Assembly (NCBI RefSeq): GCF_007747215.1
Contig: NZ_CP036273.1
Span: 1,160,322-1,224,321 of the forward strand
Origin: Urbifossiella limnaea
Lineage (GTDB): Bacteria > Planctomycetota > Planctomycetia > Gemmatales > Gemmataceae
DNA: 64,000 bases
Direction: 5' to 3'
Made by a program: the position numbers and the translations under genes
Notes under the pieces: generated by a model
The model's database searches: none
What the model saw: the letters and a program-made list of their open reading frames with translations, nothing else
What the model was told of the DNA's origin: nothing
Part shown: positions 58,201 through 64,000 of the stretch, piece by piece
Position numbering within the stretch: the first letter of the stretch is position 1
How the letters are laid out: every line of letters begins with the position of its first letter

Positions 58201-58491
58201 ACGCTGCGCCTGCCGCGGACGGGGGTGTTCACCGTGAAGGGGGTGAACATGGAGAAGGAGGGCGTGATCCCGGACGTGGCGGTGGAGATCGAGCCGAGCG
58301 ACTTCTTCCGCGGCGTGGACACGCAGCTGACGCGGGCGGTGAGCGTGCTGACGGACGACGTGGTGGCGTGGAAGCGGGCGCGCGGCACGCCGACGGGCAC
58401 CGCGCCGGCGACGGTGCCGCCGGCGGTGGCGCCGATGCCGCGGACGGCCCCGGCGGCGCCGATGCCGGCCATCCCGCCGGCGGCGGAGTAG
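55264..58491 (+). CDS. tricorn protease homologue (S41B) with beta-propellers and PDZ domain
   Basis: GTG start, then signal peptide. Repeated SPDGK/DG propeller blades. PDZ (GLKVTEVLKRGPADKRGLGVKPGDVVVAIDRV). Catalytic C-terminus GYIHIPGM...VRFNGGGF...SDAE. Confidence 0.8.
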   Translation: MRHLVALCAAALLAPAAAAQEPIRFARTPDISPDGKTVAFSYLGDIWTVPSVGGVARPVTMHEAHDLNPVFSPDGKYLAFSSNRHGSYDVFVSPAVGGRPRRLTFDSGHDTVTGWTPDGKGVVFTSTRGTAYPFQAECYVVPFDGGAERKLTLFEGKEAHLSPAGDRVAFVRGPGLWYRRGYRGSSNDELWVAGADGSGPRRFTTFDGQDGSPMWSPDGKTLYYVSEEGSTRGCANVVSRPADATSGTPQRLTTHADDTVRRARVSGNGEWIVYELGADLCVVPTRGGAPRKLAIEVNADDKANTERAVTYTRDATEFALSPDEEHAVVVVHGELFLTRIPDGNKVTRLTDHPAYDHGATFSPDGKSILFASDRSGAEDLFLLEPDDAEHPELHKAHTFKVTQLTKTPEAESGARFTPKGDRVGFIRGGKLWTMKPDGTDQKVMIDTPQVFDFEFSPDGKHVVFARMDGSFASEVFVAPTDGGEARNVTRYATYNGDVSWSPAGGKIAFVGQRRGTYLPHVLSLQRPAAPGAPKSAPGEIDWDDIHLRGEKAAGIAADSVSISPTGLQVAFRHSGAGNGDDLWVAAANGSSQTRVTTGNLAPRQIRWAKKSSGLIYFLTGTGELRSVRHGSPFPGAATNSADPPRVNFQARLTVKRDEEFAEMFAQSWRGLSDHFYDSGFHGADWFAVRAKYQALVPHVAMKEDLYALVSVMLGELNASHLGISGVLPTAQEPTADLGLLFDPSYRGPGLKVTEVLKRGPADKRGLGVKPGDVVVAIDRVELTPKVNVSQLLNNKAGEGLLIDVASDPADKKTRRRVELFPIARDKASDLMYDRWVDANAAAVAKQSGGKLGYIHIPGMDEPGLERFMRALYSDNLDKDGLIVDVRFNGGGFTHDQVLNYLSGKEHTFFKQRDGGQGLVLRNYDRKFTRPVAVMTNNRSYSDAEIFPHAFRTLGLGKVVGQATGGFVIGTTSTRLIDGSTLRLPRTGVFTVKGVNMEKEGVIPDVAVEIEPSDFFRGVDTQLTRAVSVLTDDVVAWKRARGTPTGTAPATVPPAVAPMPRTAPAAPMPAIPPAAE

Positions 58492-58499
58492 GGTGACCT

Positions 58500-58547
58500 C
58501 GCCGCTCGCGGCGTAGCGGCGTCGACGCCGCTACGCCGCGAGCGGCG
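58500..58547. repeat. perfect palindrome, family 3, copy C (terminator-like position after the tricorn gene)
   Basis: CGCCGCTCGCGGCGTAGCGGCG-TCGA-CGCCGCTACGCCGCGAGCGGCG. 22-bp arms, 9 bp after the stop codon. Confidence 0.6.
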
Positions 58548-58577
58548 AATCGTTCCCCCTCCAACCCCCTCTCCCCC

Positions 58578-60080
58578 ATGCCACCCGTCGTCCTCGCCAT
58601 CGACCAGGGCACCACCAGTTCCCGTGCCGTCGTCTACGACCCGACGACGTTCGCGCCGCTCGGCGTCGCCCAGCAGGAAATCGAGCAGCACTACCCGCGC
58701 GACGGCTGGGTCGAGCACGAGCCGGAAGACATCTGGTACTCGGTCGCCCGGACCTGCCGCGAGGCGCTCGCCGCCGCGGGCCGCGCCCCGAAGGACGTGG
58801 CCGCCGTCGGCATCACCAACCAGCGCGAGACGGTCGTGGTCTGGGACCGCACCACCGGCCGCCCCGTCCACCGCGCCATCGTCTGGCAGGACCGCCGCAC
58901 CACCGACTTCTGCCGCGCCCGCGCCGCCGACGGCCCGTGGCTCACCGCCAAGACCGGCCTCGTTCTCGACCCGTACTTCAGCGGCACGAAACTTCGCTGG
59001 CTCCTGGAACAGCAGCCGAACCTGCGTGCCGCCGCCGAGCGTGGCGAGCTGGCCGCCGGCACCATCGACACGTTCTTGATGTGGCGGCTGACCGGCAACC
59101 ACGTCACCGACGCGACGAACGCCAGCCGCACGCTCCTGTTCGACATCCACCGCATGGCGTGGGACGATGAGCTGCTGACCTACTTCGGCGTGCCGCGGGC
59201 GCTACTGCCGACCGTGAAGCCGAGCGCCGGCGACTTCGGGGTGACGAAGGGTCTGGACTTCTTGCCGGACGGCGTGCCGGTCCGCGGCGTGGCCGGCGAC
59301 CAGCAGGCGGCGCTGTTCGGGCAGGCGTGCTTCGGCCCCGGCGAGGCGAAGTGTACCTACGGCACCGGCGCCTTCCTGCTCCTCCACACCGGTGACACCC
59401 CGGTGGCATCGCGGCACCGCCTGCTCACGACCGCCGCCGCGAGCACCGACGGGAAACCGAAGTACGCGCTCGAAGGGGCCGTGTTCGTGGCCGGCGCCGC
59501 GGTCCAGTGGCTGCGCGACGGGCTGCACCTGTTCCGCACCGCGGCCGAGTCGGAGGCGCTGGCGGAGAAGTCGAACCCGGCCGAGCCGGTGCTGTTCGTG
59601 CCGGGACTGGTGGGCCTCGGCGCCCCGCACTGGGTGCCCGAGGCCCGCGGCGTGATGTTCGGCCTCACCCGCGCCACGACGGCCGCCGACCTGGCGCGGG
59701 CGGCGCTGGAGGGCGTGGCGTTCCAGGTGGCCGACCTGATCGACGCCGCCGACCACGACCTGGGGGCGGCGGGCGCCGCGCCGCTGAAGGTGGACGGCGG
59801 CATGGCCCGCAACGACCGCTTCCTCCGCACGCAGGCCGACTTCCTGGGTCGGCCCGTGGTGCGGGCCGCGGAGGCGGAATCGACGGCACTGGGGGCCGCG
59901 ATGCTGGCCGCGGTCGGCGCCGGCCTGACGGACGAGGCCGCGCTGCGGGCGCGGTCCGCCGCGGGCACGCGGTTCGACCCGACGCTTCCGGCGGGCGAGC
60001 GTGCCGCACGCCGGGCGGCGTGGCAGAAGGCGGTGCGGGCGGTGGTGAGCTTCTACGCGGCGGACGGTTCGGCGTCGTAG
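58578..60080 (+). CDS. glpK: glycerol kinase
   Basis: LAIDQGTTSSRAVVYD, GITNQRETVVVWD, GTGAF, FVPGLVGLGAPHW... full-length GlpK (500 aa). Confidence 0.9.
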   Translation: MPPVVLAIDQGTTSSRAVVYDPTTFAPLGVAQQEIEQHYPRDGWVEHEPEDIWYSVARTCREALAAAGRAPKDVAAVGITNQRETVVVWDRTTGRPVHRAIVWQDRRTTDFCRARAADGPWLTAKTGLVLDPYFSGTKLRWLLEQQPNLRAAAERGELAAGTIDTFLMWRLTGNHVTDATNASRTLLFDIHRMAWDDELLTYFGVPRALLPTVKPSAGDFGVTKGLDFLPDGVPVRGVAGDQQAALFGQACFGPGEAKCTYGTGAFLLLHTGDTPVASRHRLLTTAAASTDGKPKYALEGAVFVAGAAVQWLRDGLHLFRTAAESEALAEKSNPAEPVLFVPGLVGLGAPHWVPEARGVMFGLTRATTAADLARAALEGVAFQVADLIDAADHDLGAAGAAPLKVDGGMARNDRFLRTQADFLGRPVVRAAEAESTALGAAMLAAVGAGLTDEAALRARSAAGTRFDPTLPAGERAARRAAWQKAVRAVVSFYAADGSAS

Positions 60081-60214
60081 GTCGGGTCGGGGCCTCGAGA
60101 CCCGACGTGGGGCACGAGTTACGAACGACGGAATCCGCAGCGTCCTCCCTGCTAACATTCCTCCGATTGCCGTTCGACGCCCGCGTCGGGTCTCGAGGAC
60201 TCGACCCGACCTAC
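60077..60214. repeat. 138-bp element bounded by 12-bp terminal inverted repeats GTAGGTCGGGTC/GACCCGACCTAC
   Basis: Left end GTAGGTCGGGTCGGGGCCTCGAGACCCGACG (includes the glpK stop TAG). Right end CGTCGGGTCTCGAGGACTCGACCCGACCTAC. Sub-terminal CTCGAGACCCGAC/GTCGGGTCTCGAG also pair. Confidence 0.5.
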
Positions 60215-60252
60215 AACTATAGCAACCCGCCGCCGCACCCCGGAGTCGATCC

Positions 60253-61227
60253 GTGAGGTTACCGCTCGTCCTCGTCCTGCTCGCACTCGCCGCCACGGCC
60301 GCCGCCCAGCCCGCAAAACAGCCGCCCGAGATCGAGCGCTACCGCAACTACCTCCTCACCGCCCCGGCCCCGGAGCCCAAGAACGGCAGCGTCCGCGTCA
60401 CCTGGCTCGGCACCGCGACCCTCCTGTTCGACGACGGCGAGACGCAGCTCATGACCGACGGCTTCCTCACCCGCCCGTCGCTCCGCAAGGTGCTCGCCAC
60501 CATCGAGACGGAACCCAAGGTCGTGGACGCCGCCCTCGCCAAGGCGGGCGTCACGAAGCTGGCCGCGCTGTTCGTCGCGCACACGCACTACGACCACGCC
60601 CTCGACTGTGCCTACGTCGCTCGCAAGACCGGCGCCGTGCTGCACGGGTCGTCCTCGACCCTCAACGTCGGCCGCGGCGGCGACGTGCCCGAGAAGCAGA
60701 TGGTCGAGTTCGACCACGGCCAGTCGTACCGCTTCGGCAAGTTCAGCGTCACCGTCCTGAAGTCGAGGCACTCGCCGACCATCCGCTTCCTGAACGACGA
60801 CCTGGGCCAGCGCGTCGAGCGGCCGCTGAAGCAGCCGGCGAGCTTCAAGGACTACAAGGAGGGCGGCGCCTTCGACTTCCTCATCAGCCACGGCCCGAAC
60901 GCCGTGCTCGTGAACGCCGGCGGCAGCTACATCGAAGGGGCGCGCGACGGGCTCAAGGCGGACGTGGTGTTCCTCACGACGGCGGTGCTGTCGGCGCAGC
61001 CGGCGGCGTTCCAGGCCGCGTTCTACACCGAGACTGTCGGCAAGGTGCGGCCGAAGCTCGTCGTGCCGATCCACTGGGACAACTTCATGAAGCCGCTGAC
61101 CGAGCAGCTGGATCCGCAGTTCGACCCGGCCGACGGGTGGGACCCGCTCATCCGCCGCTGCCGGGCCGACGGCATCGGCTTCGGCATCCTCCCGGGCTAC
61201 GGCCGGGTCACGCTTTTTGCTCGGTAG
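60253..61227 (+). CDS. MBL-fold metallo-hydrolase, secreted
   Basis: GTG start. Signal peptide VRLPLVLVLLALAATAAAQP. Metal-binding HTHYDH motif and downstream His/Asp residues. Confidence 0.75.
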   Translation: MRLPLVLVLLALAATAAAQPAKQPPEIERYRNYLLTAPAPEPKNGSVRVTWLGTATLLFDDGETQLMTDGFLTRPSLRKVLATIETEPKVVDAALAKAGVTKLAALFVAHTHYDHALDCAYVARKTGAVLHGSSSTLNVGRGGDVPEKQMVEFDHGQSYRFGKFSVTVLKSRHSPTIRFLNDDLGQRVERPLKQPASFKDYKEGGAFDFLISHGPNAVLVNAGGSYIEGARDGLKADVVFLTTAVLSAQPAAFQAAFYTETVGKVRPKLVVPIHWDNFMKPLTEQLDPQFDPADGWDPLIRRCRADGIGFGILPGYGRVTLFAR

Positions 61228-64000
61228 CGGGCGGCGCGTCGGGGCCGCGCAGCCGCTCGATCACGCTGTAGAAGACCGGCGTCAGGAACACGCCGAACAC
61301 CGTCACGCCGAGCATGCCGCTGAACACCGCGGTGCCGAGCGCCACCTGCATCTCGGCGCCGGCCCCGCTCCGCAGCAGCAGCGGCACCACCCCCAGGATG
61401 AACGCGAAACTCGTCATCAGGATCGGCCGCAGCCGCGACCGGGCCGCCTCCACCGCCGCCTCGTGCCGGGTCGCGCCGGCCTCGCGCTTCTGCTTGGCGA
61501 ATTCCACGATCAGGATGGCGTTCTTCGTCGCCAGCCCGACCAGCACGACCAGCCCGATCTGGCAGAACACGTTCAGGTCCAGCCCGGTGAGCAGCAGCCC
61601 GGCGACGGCGCACAGCAGGCACATCGGCACCACCATCACGATCGCCAGCGGCAGGAGCCAGCTCTCGTACAGCGCCGCCATCACCAGGAAGGCGACGAGC
61701 ACGCTCAGCCCGAACACCAGCAGCGTCGTGTCGCCGGTGTACGTGAACAGGCCGGGGATGCGCACCGGGGTGTTGGCGGCGAGCTTCTCCTGGTACGACA
61801 TTTCGGTCCACTCGAACCCCATCCCCGGCGGCAGCTCGCGGGCGGCCAGCGCCTCCATCGTCGCCATCGCCCGGCCGGAGCTGATCGCCCGCGGGTTCGT
61901 GAACCCGCTCAGGTCCGCGGCCGGGGCCATCTGGAACCGCGCCACCTTCGGCGGCCCCGCGGCGTTGTCGATCACGATCAGCCCGGCGAGCGGGATCATC
62001 TCGCCGTTCGGGCCGCGCACCTTGATCTTCCGCAGGTCCTCCTCGGTCACGCGGAACGGGCCGTCGGCCTGAACCTGCACCTGCCAGTTGCGGTCGCGCA
62101 GGGTGATGTCGTTCACGTACAGCGACCCCATGTACACCTGCAGCGCCTGGTTGATGTCCGACACCGGCACGCCCATCCGCGCGGCGCGGTCGCGGTCCAC
62201 CCGCACCCACAGTTGCGGGGCCGACGAGCGGAACGTGCTCGTCGCGCCGACGATGCCGGGCTCCTTCGTCGCCGCCACGCCGAGGTTGTTCGCGATGCCC
62301 TGGAGCGCCGGGTAGCCGAGGCCGCCGCGGTCGAGGATCTGCAGCTTGAAGCCGCCGCCGGTGCCGAGGCCGAGGATCGGCGGCGGGCCGAACGACACCA
62401 CCACCCCCTCGCCGATGGCCGCGAACTGCTTGTTCAGCTCGCCGGCGATGACCGGCGCCCGCCGGCCGGGCCGCTCGGCGAACGGCTTCAGCGGCAGGAA
62501 CATCCCCCCGGTGTTCGAGATGTTCGCCGACGCCAGCAGCGAGTACCCCGGCAGGTTCACCACCCGCGCCACGCCGTCCGTCTTCAGGGCGATCTCGGTC
62601 ACCCGCGCCGCCACGGCCTCCGTGCGCTCGAGCGAGGCGCCGTCGGGGAGCTGGATGTTCACCATCAGGTAGCCCTGGTCCTGGTCGGGGATGAACCCCG
62701 GCGGCACGGCGGTGAACGCCGCCCCGGTGGCGACCAGCAGCCCGACGTACGCCAGCAGCACCAGCGCCGCCAGCCGCAGCGACCGCCGCACCACCCAGGC
62801 GTAGCCGCGGGTGGTGTAGTCGAACCCGGTGTTGAACAGCTTGAAGAACCAGCCGAGGACGAAGTTGATGGCCCGGTCCAACAGCCCCTTCGGGGCGTGG
62901 TGGCTCTTGAGGAGCAGCGGGCAGAGGGCCGGCGTGAGCGTCAGCGAGTTGAACGCGCTCAGGAGCGTGCTGGCCGCGATCGTGATGGCGAACTGCTGGA
63001 AGAACTGACCCGTGATGCCGGGGATGAACGCGCTCGGGATGAACACCGCCGCCAGCACCATCGAGATGCCGAGGATCGCGGTGCCGACCTCGGACATCGC
63101 CGCCCGCGTCGCCTCCCGCGGCTCCATCCCCTTCGCCAGGTTCGCCTCCACCGCCTCGACCACGACAATGGCGTCGTCCACGACGATGCCGATGGCCAGC
63201 ACCATGCCGAACAGCGTGAGCATGTTGATCGAGAAGCCGACGGCGAGCATGACGGCCAGGGTGCCGACGAGGGCGACGGGCACGGCCAGCATCGGGATCA
63301 GCGCCGCCCGCCAGTTCTGGAGGAAGACGATGACCACGATGAACACCAGCACGAACGCCTCGGTCAGCGTGTGGATCACCGACTCGATCGACTCCTCGAC
63401 GAACCCGGTGGTGTCGAACCCGATGGTGTACTCGATCCCCTCCGGGAAGCGTTCCTTCTTCAACTCCTCCATCCGCGTCTTGACGCGCTCGGCGGTGTTG
63501 AGGGCGTTGGCGCCGGGGAGGGTGTACAGCACGACGGCCACGGCCGGGTCGCGGTCGAGGAACGAGGACGTGTCGTACGCCTTCGCCCCGAGTTCGACGC
63601 GGGCGATCTCGCCGAGCCGGACCAGCCCCTCGGGCTCGCCGCCGGCGGTGACGCGGCCGGCCTTCACGACGATGTTGCGGAACTCCTCCTCGGACTTGAG
63701 CCGGCCCTGCGTGCTGATGACGAGCTGGGTCGTCTGCCCGGCCGGCACCGGCGGCCGGCCGATCTGCCCGGCGGCCACCTGCGCGTTCTGCGACTGGACG
63801 GCGCTCACCACGTCGCCCGCGGTGAGCTGCAGGTCGGCCATCTTGTTGGGGTCGAGCCACACCCGCATGGCGTAGTCGCGGGAGCCGCGGACGCTGGCGT
63901 CGCCGACGCCGGTCACGCGCGCCAGGTCGTCGAGCACCTGGGTGTTGACGAACGCGCTGACCTCGATGCTGTCCTTCGCCGGCTTCCCGTCCTTCCCCTT
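61208..64000 (-). CDS. efflux RND transporter permease subunit (AcrB/HAE1 family), 3' portion; start lies beyond window end
   Basis: Continuous high-GC3 frame to the window edge. Typical AcrB TM and periplasmic porter segments (VDDAIVVVE, FAKQKREAGAT). Stop at 61208 overlaps the MBL gene by 20 bp. Confidence 0.85.
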   Translation of the reverse strand, partial: KGKDGKPAKDSIEVSAFVNTQVLDDLARVTGVGDASVRGSRDYAMRVWLDPNKMADLQLTAGDVVSAVQSQNAQVAAGQIGRPPVPAGQTTQLVISTQGRLKSEEEFRNIVVKAGRVTAGGEPEGLVRLGEIARVELGAKAYDTSSFLDRDPAVAVVLYTLPGANALNTAERVKTRMEELKKERFPEGIEYTIGFDTTGFVEESIESVIHTLTEAFVLVFIVVIVFLQNWRAALIPMLAVPVALVGTLAVMLAVGFSINMLTLFGMVLAIGIVVDDAIVVVEAVEANLAKGMEPREATRAAMSEVGTAILGISMVLAAVFIPSAFIPGITGQFFQQFAITIAASTLLSAFNSLTLTPALCPLLLKSHHAPKGLLDRAINFVLGWFFKLFNTGFDYTTRGYAWVVRRSLRLAALVLLAYVGLLVATGAAFTAVPPGFIPDQDQGYLMVNIQLPDGASLERTEAVAARVTEIALKTDGVARVVNLPGYSLLASANISNTGGMFLPLKPFAERPGRRAPVIAGELNKQFAAIGEGVVVSFGPPPILGLGTGGGFKLQILDRGGLGYPALQGIANNLGVAATKEPGIVGATSTFRSSAPQLWVRVDRDRAARMGVPVSDINQALQVYMGSLYVNDITLRDRNWQVQVQADGPFRVTEEDLRKIKVRGPNGEMIPLAGLIVIDNAAGPPKVARFQMAPAADLSGFTNPRAISSGRAMATMEALAARELPPGMGFEWTEMSYQEKLAANTPVRIPGLFTYTGDTTLLVFGLSVLVAFLVMAALYESWLLPLAIVMVVPMCLLCAVAGLLLTGLDLNVFCQIGLVVLVGLATKNAILIVEFAKQKREAGATRHEAAVEAARSRLRPILMTSFAFILGVVPLLLRSGAGAEMQVALGTAVFSGMLGVTVFGVFLTPVFYSVIERLRGPDAPPATEQKA

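Overview
This 64-kb window has roughly 70% GC and dense housekeeping plus envelope/secretory genes. The gene content (a DUF1559-module giant protein, a TIGR03000 Cys/Gly-rich protein, an ECF-sigma/WD40 fusion, and many Tat/Sec-signal proteins) points to Planctomycetota, probably Gemmataceae; this is inference only. Because stop codons are rare at this GC, the six-frame track holds many long spurious ORFs. Genes were called by recognisable protein motifs, GC3 skew, and start/SD context.

Recognised genes:
- truD (3' end), selO, pyrD, ppk, glpK, rimO, ctpA, scpB, a solitary nuoH, and pxpB.
- An ABC ATPase plus ABC-2 permease pair.
- A GT2, YdjC-deacetylase and BFD-ferredoxin unit.
- S9 and tricorn proteases.
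- A GntP permease.
- An ADP-ribosylglycohydrolase and a putative pyruvyl transferase.
- An EF-hand Gly-repeat protein and an MBL-fold hydrolase.
- A partial RND pump.

No rRNA, tRNA, CRISPR, integrase or transposase was found.

Most notable items:
- A heavy-metal P-type ATPase fused in-frame to an SPFH/HflK-like module, inside a five-gene secreted/lipoprotein cluster.
- An ECF sigma-TM-WD40 fusion 24 bp upstream of a 1349-aa membrane protein with two tandem DUF1559-like modules.
- At least five families of intergenic palindromic or nested-hairpin repeats, several with GNRA-like loops and several sitting exactly on stop codons.
- A G4-TGAC tandem array forming a G-quadruplex/hairpin in the ctpA leader.
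- A 7-bp x4 tandem repeat inside the pxpB coding sequence.
- Two apparently frameshifted small genes.
- A duplicated 3' gene fragment.
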